DNA from: Mobula birostris
Taxonomy: Eukaryota
Reading direction: 5' to 3'
Assembly (NCBI RefSeq): GCF_030028105.1
Contig: NC_092388.1
Location: 27,523,684 to 27,587,683, forward strand
Length of the DNA stretch: 64,000 bases
This document shows, in pieces, positions 36,905-49,600 of this stretch. The first letter of the stretch is position 1; every line of letters begins with the position of its first letter. Made by a program: the position numbers and the translations under genes. Under the pieces are notes generated by a model. The model was not told the origin of the DNA and ran no database searches. It was given only the letters and a program-made list of their open reading frames with translations.

Positions 36905-38204
36905 TTCAGAATAAGAAGAGAGAGTGAGCAATTTCAAGTTCCTGGGTGTTAAGATCTCTGAGGACCTAACCTGGTTCCAACATATCAATACAGCTATAAA
37001 GAAGACAAGACAGCAGCTATGTTTCATTAGGAATTTGAGGAGATTTGGTATGTCACCTAAAACACACAAAAACTTCTACAGTTGTACCATAGAGAGCATT
37101 CTGACAGGCTGCATCACTGTCTGGTATTGGGGATGGGGGTGGTGGGGGGTTACTGCATAGGATCAAGAAAAGCTACAGGAAGTTGTAAAATTAGTCAGCT
37201 TTGTCTTGGGTACTAGCCTCTGTAGTATTCAAAACATTTTCAAGGAAAAATGCCTCAGAAAGGCGGCGTCCATCATTAACGACTCCCATTACCCGAGACA
37301 TGCCCTCTTCTCATTGTTACCAACAGGAGGGAGGTACAGAAGCCTGAAGGCATACATTCGACAATTCAGAAACAGTTTTTTCTACTCTGCTATCTGATTC
37401 CTAAATTAACATTGAACCCATGAACACTATCTCACTTGCATTATTTCTGTTTTTGCACTATTTTAAAAAATTAACTATTTAATATACTGTACAGATATAT
37501 ATATACTTACTGTAATTGATTTACAAACGTTTGTACTTATGTACTTATTTTTTCTATATTATCATGTATTGCATTGTACTGCTGCAGCTAAGTTAACAAA
37601 TTTCATGACATCATCATCATCGTCATCAGGTGCCATGCCCAGTTTGAGCTTTGACTACCATGGTCCACACACTCCTGTTTCGGGTCAAGTGGATCAGTTC
37701 ATTGGTATTCATTTCCAGTTCTCTGGGTGCTGTCTCCATCATCATCTGTCCTTGTCTTCCTCTTGCTTTCTTCCCTTCAATCTTTCCCATAATTACCGTG
37801 CATTCTAACTCCTCTTTCCTAATTACATGTCCAATGAAGTTACTTCTCTTTTTGTGTTTGCTCTGTTCATGACATCCTCGTTAGATATTCGTTTTATCCA
37901 TGATATTCTTTGCACCCTCCTCAAAAACACATCTCTGCTGCTTCAATTCATTTCCTCATGTTACTAGATATTGTCCAACATTCTGAGCCATATAATATAA
38001 CTGGATAAATGTAACATTTCAGTACTCTGAGGCGGGTTGTCATGCCTAGTTTAGTATTGATCAGTATACTCCTCATTCTCATAAAGGTGTCTTTTGCCAT
38101 CCTTATTCTTCTTTTGATGTCCATGTTGCACCTGCCATCTGATCCTACCCAGCTTCCTAAGTAACAAAAGTGACATATGCTGGTGACATTAAACCTGATT
38201 CTGA
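36905..38204 (+). mobile_element. Rex1/Babar LINE 3' fragment interrupted by RTE
   Basis: SNFKFLGV, KKTRQQLCFIR, FYSCTIESILTGCITVWY, GGRYRSL; the tail is completed at 38171-38204. Confidence 0.85.
37612..38170 (-). mobile_element. RTE-clade LINE 3' fragment
   Basis: Minus strand FCYLGSWVGSDGRCNMDIKRRIRMAKDTF; (GAT)n tail; TSD TGACAT at 37606-37611 / 38171-38176. Confidence 0.8.
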
Positions 38205-39286
38205 AAAGATTATGTATAAATATATTTTGGTGTGGGACTATTATAGTTAAATTTACAGATAGTGACCCAGCAAAAAATGTGGTAATTATGTGGCCAAGGA
38301 AAAGTCATGTTGAAAAGAACTTAGAGGAATCTACTAAAGTGTAACAAATGCAAAAGATTAATTATAAGAATTACACAGAATTGAAGATCTTCCACTGCAA
38401 TTGAGAAATTGCACAATTTAATATGTTAAGTGTAAAATTTAAAATGTGTTTTCTCAAATGTACCTAAAGCAGATAAATGACAAAAATTCTGCAAACAAAA
38501 CAGTTTATTTAGCTAACACTAAGAAATATCACACAGATGTTGCAATTAATGTGATGCCTTTCCTCCCTCTGACTATTGGATCACTGATTTGCTACAATCG
38601 GACTGGATTGTAATTACATTTAGCCGCCGGTGCAGAGCACATGATTCTCCATAGGCCTAATATTTTGCTCAGAAGTTATGAAAAATCTAGCAATATTTTC
38701 CTCGGATCCTAATGCTCTTCATGCTGGAGTAACAGAAATATAAAAGTTAAATACTGCTGAGGATGGAAACCAGAGAACAAAGCAAAAATGTTGGGAACAC
38801 TCTATGTTAAATCAGACCGTATTCTCTTCTCTTTCTGTTTCTACTGATCATGCTGAGTATTTCAAGCACATTCTATTTTTCTGTTTTGAAGTAATACAAG
38901 GCTAATGTGGTTTATCCTCATCATAAATATATTCTACTTCAAAAAGTCCACTTGTCTAATGAAAATGACAATAAATTTCCTGTAATGTGAATCTAATGGC
39001 GTTCAAAATTATTTAACTACGACAGTCAACATTGATCTCCTTTTAATATTCATAATATTTGTGAGGCTATTCTAATTCAGTTTTCATTCAGTGATGACCC
39101 TCAGGATGTTGATGGTGGGGAACTTGGTAAAGTTACTGAATGCAATGAGTGCTTAGATTTTCTGTTGGTGAAGTCCATTTTGCTTTTGTGTGGTGTGACT
39201 ATTACGTGTCCTGTATTAAAACAGTCTTGAATGTTGTCTAGTAATGCATCATCATCTGCAAATGAAAGTGGAGATTTTACAACCAT

Positions 39287-39590
39287 CAGAATCAGAATCA
39301 AGTTTAATATCACCTGCATATGTTGTGAAATGTGTTAATTTAGTGGTAGCAGTACAATACAATGCTACAGAGGCTAGTACCCATGATGGAGCTGACTAAT
39401 TTTACAACTTCCTGTAACTTCTTTTGATCCTGTGCAGTAGCACACCACACCGCGCCCTCCCCCCCATACTAGACAGTGATGCGGCCTGTCAGAATGCTCT
39501 CCATGGTCCATCTGCAGAAGTTTTTGTTTTAGATGACAAACCAAATCTGCTCAAAATCCTAATGAAATATAGCTACTGTCTTGTCTTCTC
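39287..39590 (-). mobile_element. Internally deleted Rex1/Babar fragment
   Basis: (AGAATC)n tail joined to the ...QEVVKLVSSIMGTSL region. Confidence 0.65.
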
Positions 39591-40001
39591 TGTAAGCAAC
39601 CTTTTCTCCAACATTATGATGGGCAGTCTGATGGGGGAAGTCACTGATGAAACAGTTGAGGTTGGTTAAAGTCATCTCATGCTCTTGGTAATGCATGCAG
39701 CAATGTCTTGGAGTTATGGTTTTTGGTCTTTAAATAATCACTCTCCATGGAAATACACTTATCCTACTGTACTTGGCTAGTTACAGGGAAAAAAAAACTT
39801 GCCATTCATCTGCCAGCAATTATCTCATGTGGGTATGTGCCAGTTTGGTCTAAAATCTGTCACAATGTATGTTAAATCTTTGTAACTAGGACAGGCACAG
39901 TATAAACCAACAGCCACAAATGAAGCAGCTTGGTGATGCTCGCTGTAAAACATGCACAAACTGAGGAATGTAGATGGGAAAAGGCAGGTATAATTATGAG
40001 A

Positions 40002-40975
40002 TATCTGATAAAATTAAAAATGAATGGGAAAGGGAACTTCGACTTTGTCTACCTATAGAGAAATGGGATAATTTTTTTCAATTAGTTAGTACTACTTCTA
40101 TATGTGCTAACCATGAGTTAATACAATTTAAAGTAGTGCACAGAACCCATACGTCTAAAGATAAATTGGCCCGTTTTTATTCCCATATAAACCTTGTTTG
40201 TGACAGATGTCACTCTGAGGTGGCTTCTTTAACTCATATGTTTTGGTCCTGTCCTCTCTTGGAAAAATATTGGAAAGATATTTTTGATATTATCTCAAAA
40301 GTTATATGTTTTGATTTACAACCCCATCCTATTACGGCAATTTTTGGATTGCCAATTGTAGAACATAGATCTTTGTCTTCTTCAGCCTGTCGTATGATAG
40401 CATTTGTTACTTTAATGGCCAGAAGATTTATTTTATTGAACTGGAAGGAAACTAATCCTCCTACTACATTCCAATGGTTTTCCCAAACTATATTAAGTTT
40501 AAATTTAGAAAAAATCAGAAGTGCTATCTTTGATCCTTCAGTTAAATTTGAAGAAACTTGGAAACCTTTTATGGAACACTTTCATATGATGTAATTTGAC
40601 CTTTCCGAATCTTCTTTATCAACTTAAAATATATGAATAGAGGAGTGGTGTTGACGACATTACTGAACGTATTCGATTCAAGATATTGGTCTAGCACTGT
40701 TCTGTCCTGTTTGCTTTTTTTGGGGGGAGGGTTAGTATTTAGTTTTTTTTTCTCTTTTTTGGGGGGGGGGTTCTTTGTTTATACATATATTTTTGCTTTT
40801 TATTTCTTTTTTTTAATGACTAATTTCACCATGAGTTTGGAAGTCTATTATACCTATGTTATTTGAAATCTTTTTTGTATATGTTTATTAATAATAAGAC
40901 TATTCCAGTTTCTTTGTATTAACATTGTTATTGTGTTTATAATTTTGAAAATTAATAAAAAGATTTAAAAAGAAA
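40002..40975 (+). mobile_element. 5'-truncated L1-clade LINE with perfect 16-bp TSD
   Basis: TSD AGGTATAATTATGAGA at 39986-40001 / 40976-40991. ORF to 40594 with CDRC...HMFWSC zinc finger. Same family as 16300-18843. Confidence 0.93.
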
Positions 40976-41370
40976 AGGTATAATTATGAGAAAAACAGGA
41001 TAAAGAGAAAAGACATCTCTCATATCTCCAGCACTAACTGCTGAAGATATCAGAAATGAGACTTCAAAATGCTTAATCAAAACTTTAGAGCCCAGGTAGT
41101 TTAATGGTAATTGTCAATGATATATTTGTTAAAATTTCTCTTACTTATAATGCACCAGCTGTCCCCCTTCCCCTCTCTTTGTAGTTTCTTTAGTGGGAAA
41201 CTAGTACTGATTTTGGGGGAGTACTGTGAATCTATGTCTGGTAGATGAGCAAACGTCATCTGTTTAATTGTGTTGGTATGTGCAGCAGTACTTGCAGCCC
41301 TCTTTACTCTTTTACAACAAAGAGGGCTGCTATTCCTACTACAAATTATCAGCCTTTTATCCAACACCTC

Positions 41371-41533
41371 CAAAGTGCTGAAGGAACTCAGCTGGCCAGG
41401 CAGCATCTATGAAAAAGAATACACAGACGACATATTGGGGCGGAGACCCTTCATCAGGTCTCAGCCCAAAATGTCGACTGTTTATTCATTTCCATAGATG
41501 CTGCCTGATGTGCTGAGTTCCTCCAGCATTTTG
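41371..41533. mobile_element. Palindromic Penelope-terminus-derived element
   Basis: Arms 41371-41411 and 41493-41533 are reverse complements (35/41); related to 42143-42240. Confidence 0.75.
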
Positions 41534-42142
41534 TGTGTGTTGAATTGGATTTTGCATCTACAGGTGTTCTCTTGTTGTGAGCCTTTCATCAAATTCTGTT
41601 TGTGTTGCTGGGAGAAGAAATACAGTATTTGCCTCCTCGCAAAACACTTGCTTTTATTCATGTCTTTCTTTATTAACCTTTAAAGTCCTGCTACCTCTTA
41701 AAATATGATGTTGTTTTCCCTCAGAACATCAGTCATGAAAATTACTGAATAGAATAGCTGAGAAGTAGTCTGTTGTAAATGTATCAAGATATTCTTAGAT
41801 CATGAGAATTTCTATTCAGAGTTTTTTGTCAGCATTTCCAGAGAAATAGATCAAATATCATGTGATCAATTCATGGCAATACACTTAATTTACAATTGTA
41901 AATCAACAATAATTAGATACTGGAAATCTAAACGAAAAACTAAAATTTCTGAAAACATTCAGCTGGTCAGGCAGTATTTGTGGCATCATGAGATAAGCAA
42001 TGTAACATTTTATTTACAGTCTCAGTACTATATGGTTGGAGTTTGAAATCTGATCATGCAGTTAATTCTTGTGCTGATTATCTGGTGTTTTGCAAATCTG
42101 AAAATAATGACAAATAATAGTTTTCTAAATCTTTTCACTGAC

Positions 42143-43029
42143 AACACACACAAAGTGTTGGAAGAACTTTGCAAGTCAGGCGACATCTATCGAGGGGGAT
42201 AAACACTTGACGTTTTAGGCTGTGTCCCTTCAGCAGGACTGGAAATTAAGGGGGAAGAAGCCAAAATAGGAAGGTGTACAAGTTGGCAGATTATAGGTAA
42301 AACCAGGCAGGAAAGAAAGCATGTTATTGGCAGGGGGGTTGAAATAAGAATCTGGGAGGTGATAGGTGGTAAAGGTGAAGGGCTGAAGAAGAAGAAATCT
42401 GATAGGAGAGGACAGTGGACCATGGAGAAAAGAGAAACAGGTGCTTCAGAAAAAGGTGATAGGCAGCTGAGGAGATGAGAAGGAGTAAGAGGGAACCAGA
42501 ATGGGGTATGTTTAAAAAAGAGAAGGGGGAGGAGGGAGAAAATACCAGAGGTTACAGAAATCAATGTTCATGCCCTCAAGTGGAGACGACTCAGATACAA
42601 TATGAGGTGTTGCTCCTCCAACCTGAGAGTAGCTTTATAAGAATGGGAAATTGATTTGAAATGAGTGGGCATAGGGAAACCCTGCCTTTGTGTCTGCCAG
42701 AAAAATGGCACATGTTGAAGGAGTCTCCAAATCTAATCAGGTCTCACTGATGTAAAGGAGGCCTCTCAGCCGCAGGGACTGTGTGGGGTCCTGATAGTGG
42801 TGAGGGAGGAGATGTAGGGACAGGTGTAGCACTTGCTGGTGTGCAGATAAAAGCTGGGAGGGAGATGGTGTAAAGGGACAAGTGGACAGTGAAGTCCCAT
42901 AGACAGTGATCCCTATGGAAAACAGAAAATAGCGTGGTGGGAAAGATGCGCTCAGTGGTAGGATCCCATTTTAGACAGTGGAAGTTACAGAAAATGGTGT
43001 GCTGAATACAGAGAGTTGTGGCATGGTAG
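42143..43029 (-). mobile_element. Penelope-like element, 3' part (GIY-YIG region and pLTR)
   Basis: Minus strand GLLYISET-like motif at ~42740-42765; terminus ACACACAAAGTGTTGGAAGAAC...GACGTTTTAGGC. Confidence 0.7.
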
Positions 43030-43642
43030 TGTAACCCTAAGGTTCAGTCAGCATGCGTTTGTCTAAGTGTAGACAGCCTCCGGCCCAGCCAAACTGAGAA
43101 ATCTCATTTGTGTGGCTGCTACGTGATGTGTTGCCTGGTTACAAATCTGTACCACAAAATATCAGACAGTACACCAACGACTGAGCTTTATATTTCTTAA
43201 TCTGACTCTAGGGTTAGTAAAGAAAATAAAAAGAAAAAGGGCCCATTTTAATGAAACAGTCTAATGTGCACGTTGGAGCTCATGGTTGTCCATCCATTCG
43301 TTTCCCATCGACCTCCTCCGAGCGTCATTGACTCCCGGACCATCGCTCCAAGTCCACTCTGTCTTGTGGTCTACCAACTCTCTCCACATGTCTTCTCTCT
43401 TCATCTCTTGCTGACAAAAGACAGCGGATACCTTCTCTCAGACACACAAGAAAGAAACAACACGCCTCTCATTGGATGGTGCACATTCCAAAGCTCTCAT
43501 TATCTCAGTCATAACACAAGCACTGCTGCTACAGAGAAACCATTACCTTAGCAGTGAAACCGTACAGAGAGGCCATTACATTAGTAGTGAAATCTTATAG
43601 AGAGGCTATTACATTGGCAGTGAAATCTTACAGAGCATTAGG
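43030..43642 (-). repeat. 3' LTR of the PNMA-type Gypsy
   Basis: Starts TGTAACCCT on +; colinear with 49601-50089. Confidence 0.9.
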
Positions 43643-46600
43643 CATTCCCCCCCACCAAGTTTAGTCATGTCCTCATGACGTTGAGATATTTTGCCAACCC
43701 TTCCTGCAAAGCACAAAGTCCAACCCAGGTGTATAAAGCAGCGACATAACTCCCCAACACAGTAGTGGTCACGCTCTGTTCCCCTGATGCTACATAGGCC
43801 AGCCTATCCAGTGGTCTCCTAATTCTCTGAGACCTCCATTCCCCCTCACCTAACTCCTCAGGTTCCAACACTACTGGGGATACTTCCAGTCTACCTGGCG
43901 AGGCCTCCCCCAGCTTATCGCTCATGCCCACCTGCAACTCGGACCCCCCTGACCCATGGTAAAGCCCCGCTTCATCCTTTGCAGGGTCCTGTTGCAAACC
44001 AGGTTTTCCACAGATAGTACCCCCCCCCCCCCACCCGCCATTTTCACCTGACTCAGCAGGAGAAGAGCTGGGAGTCTTTTCCTCAATCAATGGGGAGTTA
44101 GCAGCAGGCAGCATATACCACACATCCAGGTCCTCATCCTCCGAATCAGTATCCCTCTCAAAGGTGGGGGCCAGCTTAACCTCTCCTGCTGTTGGCCCTG
44201 CAGTCACCCATGTCTCCACAGAGTCCTCTCACTAGATGTAGGCTCCAGGTCGGGCTCTGGGTCTACCTGCACCTCTTGTCCCAGAGACAGAAGATGGTTC
44301 TGATGGAGAATCTTGACAGGCCCATTTCCATCCTTTGGTTTCACCTGGAAAACTGGCAGGTTTGGCGTCTGACTCTCCACCACGTAAGGCCTAGACACTC
44401 AGCGATCAGCCAGCTTATGCTTCCCAGGTAGCCCCAAATTACTTATGAGGAGTTGGGAGAACCTCACCTTTGGATCATACCTCCTCTTATTTTCTTGAAT
44501 CTGCTTGGCGCCGTGACCCCAGCTAATGAATAAGCCCTTTTCAGCTCCCTTCTCATATCAGACATGTACTTCAGATAAGTCCTCGCTGGTAAATCACCCT
44601 CATCAGTCCCAAAGCAAAGGTCAATGGGCAACCTCGCCTCGTGCCCAAACAGCAGATAGTATGGCAAGTACCTGGTAGCTTCATTTCAAGTACAGTTGTA
44701 ACTGTGGACTAGATGTCCAAACTGTTGACTACACCTGCTCTTCTTGCTGACCTCCAAGGTCATGACCATGTCTAGCAAGGTCCGATTAAACTTCTCAGGC
44801 TGGGGACCTCCCTGCAGGTGATAGGGAGTGGTCCTCGACTTCTGGACTCTAAGCATGCCCAGTAACACATGGATGATCCTGCACTCAAAATCCCGTCCCT
44901 GATCACTATGTATCCCCCTGCAGAGGCCATAATAAATGAAATATTTCTCTCTTAACACTTTGGCCACCTTTGACACCCTCTGGACCTTGGTAGGAAAAGC
45001 CTGCGCATATCTGGTGTAGTGATCCGTGATGACTAAGACATTCGCCGTATTGCTAGCATCGGGTTCTAATGACAGGAAATCCATACACACCAGATCCAGG
45101 GGTCCCGCACTCTGCAAGCGGGTCAAGGGAGCTGCTCGTGTAGGCAGCTTCTTCCGCCATGTGTGTGCATCGAATGAACGACTTGCAGTATTCTTTGACC
45201 TCGAGCTTCATTCGGAGCCAGTAAAGCTGGTCTCTTAACAACCCATAGGTCTTTTCAACACCCAAATGTCCAGAATTATCATGAAGTGACTTCAAAGCAA
45301 TCCCCCGATACTTCTCCAGCAGAACCAGCTGGCAACACTGAGGTCAGCTCGGAGGTAATGTGACCCGGTATAGGATCTGGTTCCGCAACTCCAACTGAGG
45401 TCATTCTCGCAGTATTGGAGGCACCACCACATGTTTCCTCCTCTCCACCTGAGCCATGTCTCCCTTTTTGACCACTGACTAAATGGTACCAATGCCAGAG
45501 TCATCTTGCTGAGTAGCTGCCACTTCCCCAGAACTCAATTCCAGCAGCTGATTTGTCTTCAGAGCAATCAGATTACAGGAATCTTGTGGAATGGCGTCAT
45601 CAAAAGCTCCCAATTGATCCACCGCTCAATCCTGCCCCTTCTTTCCACCTGCCTTCACGGTGATGGCATACTGACACATTGCCTTCACACCTGGGGCAGA
45701 AACACTCTCCCATTCCTCGTCCCTGTCCAGTCCCTCATGCACCTGTCGGGACAAAGCATCAGCATCAATGTTCCTGCTTCCTGCCCGGTAAGTCAGGATG
45801 ATATCATACGCAGACAACGCCGCCAACCACCGATGGCCTGTGGCTTCCAGTTTTGCCGAGGTCAGGATATAAATTAGGTGACTGTTGTCTGTCCTCACCT
45901 CAAACTTGGTCCTATAGTGGTAGTCATTCAGTTTATCCACCACCGCCCATTTCGACGCTAGAAACTCCAACTTGTGCATGGGATAGATTTTCTTGGATGG
46001 TGACAGACTCCAGTTGACAAACGCAATGGGTTTCAACTCGGTGCCCTGATCCTGATACAGGATGCCCCCTAAACCCTCTCAACTGGCATCCGTGTGCAAT
46101 ACATACGGTAATCGCGGGGGGGGGGGGGGGGTTCCGCAAAAGCCAGCACTGGTGCCTGGGTCAGCAGCTCCTTCAGCGACTGAAAGGTCTCTTTACATTT
46201 TGCATCCCAACTCGGTCCAAAGGGCTCTGACCAACTAAGAGCCCTTTTCTTCCCCAAGGGAGGGTAACTGCACAGAAGCTATTTCAACAGGTGACTGACT
46301 TCCGTGTAGCCCTTCACGGACCTCCAATAGTATCCACAGAGCCTGAGGAACAAGCACAGAGCACTCACAGTCTGGGGTTTGACCAGGTGATCACCACCTC
46401 TATCTTAGCCGAATCTGTAGCTATTCCAATGTGTGAGACTATGTACCCAACATAGCTAACAGAGTTTTTTGCAGAACTGGCACTTGGCCAGGGAAAGTTT
46501 TAACCCTTTAGCTTTCAGGCAGCCCAGCACCTTCAGTAGCCTCACTTCATGTTCTTCCAAGGTGGACCCAAACACTATGAGGTCATCCAGATACACCAAC

Positions 46601-49600
46601 ACCTCAAGCAATTTCATATCCCCCACTGCAACCCACTGGAAGGCTGCAGGGGCTCCTGATATGCCCTGGGGTATCCTTTCAAACTGAAAGAATTCCAGGG
46701 GACATATAAACACCGTCTTCTCTTCGTTGGCCTCACTCATTGGGATCTGGTAATATCCACTCCTCAAATCCAGCACACTGAACCACTTCGCACCACTCAG
46801 ACAGGCCAATGTGTCTTCTATCCTCGGGACTGTATACTGGTCAGGGACAGTATACCTGTTAAGAGTCTTATAATCCACACACATCTGTACCTTCCCATTC
46901 TTCTTTTGGGTCACTACTATTGGGAAAGCATTGGGGCTTTAGAACTCAGTGATGATCCCAGCTTCCTTCAACTTACATAGGTGCTGCCGAACATCTTCCA
47001 CCTCTGCAGGGGCCAGTCACCGCGACCTCTCTCTGAACAGGGTGTCCTCTGTCACTAGGATTGTGCGATGAGTGCTCTTGGAACAGCCCATATCAAACTT
47101 GTCAGCGGAAAAGACACCTTCCAGCTTCAACATCTTCTCTCCCAACCTCCTCTTCCAACCCACAGGAACCGGGGAGTCCCTGAAGTTGAATGACTCAGCG
47201 GTCAACTTTCCCCCTTTGTCCAATAGTTTTCCCCTGGCTTGTCTCACAGGGACACTTGACATTACTGTCACTGGGAACAGATGTGCCAGGACTTCCCCTA
47301 CTTGAAGGTGACCTCCCTCTTCATCGTATTCCTGATAATCATTGCCATCCTGCCCACCTGTATAACTAAGGATTTCTGCAGTTCGGGCCTCACCACTGCC
47401 CAACCGGAAATCCCGACTCCCCCTCATGTTCTTCTGGAGCGTCCACTAAGAGGGCCTCACCGCCAGGCACTCCAGGAAATTTGGGGGTCCCCAACACTCT
47501 TACTACTTCCCCGGGCCGTAACACAATCGGCTTTGACTGGGTGAACCATACAGTCCCGTGTCTACATTCGGTATCTGGCACAATGCAGCCACGCACTCCC
47601 TTAAACGTTGCTCGAAACACTGGGTGCATGGACATTGTTCCCAGAAAACTCTCCCCAGCCTTCTCCTTGCAGGCCCCCAGGAGCCTCCTCACAAGAGGGG
47701 TGTTGGTCCCCACCAGAATTGAAACACTGCCCTTCTCAACGGGATCCGGACAAACCAGCACTAACGTATCAAGGACCTCAGACACTCCCACATCAGCCTC
47801 CGAGAACTCCAGCTTCATTGACAAATAACCATCGTATGGATAAGCACTAGCACTAAGACCCCAGATCTCCAGTGCACTGAATAATGTCAATGGTAAATGC
47901 TTCGGATACGGGTTGTAAAGCGAACGGTACAACAGTGTCGAATATGGTTTTAGCATAAGTACCCTCTATCCGTAGCGACACGCTGGAGCACTGGAGCATG
48001 GCCCCACTAAGCCTTCAGGAATAGGGTCTTTTGCTTTCAGGGGTTCCGTGGTACATTGCTGGGAACATGCTCCCCCAGAGACACCAAGCCGTTCCCTCAC
48101 TGGGTCTCCTCTAAGATTCCCGACGTCTCTTTCTGCTTAGATACCCAGGGTTCACTTTCCGAGGGGTTTCCTGCCTGAAGTGTCCCTCTTCACCACAGTT
48201 ATAACAGACAATACCGGCCGCACCCCTTTCTTCCGGAACCCCGGCCACCCGCAGCCCTCTGCATAGTCCGTCCCCTTGGGGGTCGGCCTCTCTATCAGTC
48301 CTATCATATGGGCGGTCCACACCTGCTCTTAACACCCGGGACATCTCAGTTCTCAACTCTGCCACAATGTCCTTTACCATCCCCCGGGTTGGGCTAGCTG
48401 TGGTCACTTCACCACAAGGGGCTGCTACCGAGGACTGTACCCTGCTAACGGAACCCTCCCGTACCTCCGACACATTTTCCTCCTCCCGTAACTCTCTGAT
48501 CAGCTCAATAAAAGAGGGAGGGGGCGTGTCTTACGAGACAGTCAGAGACCCCAAGCGATCAGGTCCCAGGACTGGGTGCCCTTTGCTATCTGGTCCATTC
48601 TTAACTGATTCAGCTCAGCCGACTGAATGACCCCTTTGCAGCGCAAGCAATTTACCTAGCCAAAAAATGTAAGCAGAAAGCTTCTCCCCCTTCTCCTGCT
48701 GCATGTTCTGAAACCCCATCCTGAGCTCTGTTGGGCTCCCTGTCATGCCAAAGGTGTTCTCCAAAGCTCCCAGATAATCGGCAGTTTTGGCTAGGGGTTG
48801 CCGCGTTTTCACAGCTTTCACCACATCAGTGGACAATCCCCTCAAACTCTCAACCAATCTGTCACTTTATGTCATCAGAGCACTGCCACTCATCTAGCAA
48901 CTGAGAGGTCTGCTCCACCCAAGTCTCGAAATTCCTCTGCCCCCTCAGGGGTGGGTGCTATTCCAGAGAATATTCTGAGCATCCGGTAGGGACCCTCGGC
49001 CTGTGCACTGGGCCACTTATTCACCAGAGAGGTAAGGGCTGATGACAACTCAGAACTCTCACTCTTCGCCGGGGGACAGGGACTAATTAGACATTCCAAA
49101 TCCGACCACTCTTTCCTCTCACTCCTCAGAAATGATAGAAGCCTGTCTTTGAAGTCTCCGTCCCCAGCTACGTGAAGCTTGACTTGTGATTCAGCCTGCT
49201 CCGCTACCTTCTCCTCCTCCCTGACAGTATGGACAGGCCATGGCCCCACCTCACCTGGGGCACCGAGACGCTGGCAGTTCCACTGTCATTATGTCAGCGC
49301 TAGTCTGAACTAAAACAAGGTCTGTGCCCGCTATTTTGTCAGACCTCCACATTGCAATCATAGCTTTGCCAACAACTTTAACAGTACTCAGAAGTCAAAT
49401 TAACAATTCACCTGATGTCCAAATATCCACCCCACGCAACACGCACACATTAGTTACCTGTAACCCCACAGAGCCGTACCACCGCTCTACCCCGCCAGCA
49501 TCCATACCAGCACAGATTTAAACACACAACCCACAGGTTCAATACTCAGGGCAATCACACAGCATCCAACAAAATCAATCCTGAACGATACCCCCACAAT

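Noticed and set aside
39974-40594. 206-aa ORF as a host gene
   Set aside because: It is the L1 ORF2 C-terminus, with an ATG borrowed from the flank upstream of the TSD.
43665-44219. 184-aa ORF as an env gene
   Set aside because: It is acidic and low-complexity with an RRSQR..RPLDRL motif typical of the Gypsy integrase tail; no signal peptide or convincing env features.
48111-49505. Domesticated PNMA gene
   Set aside because: The gag is frameshifted and still embedded in a complete LTR element with pol and TSD.
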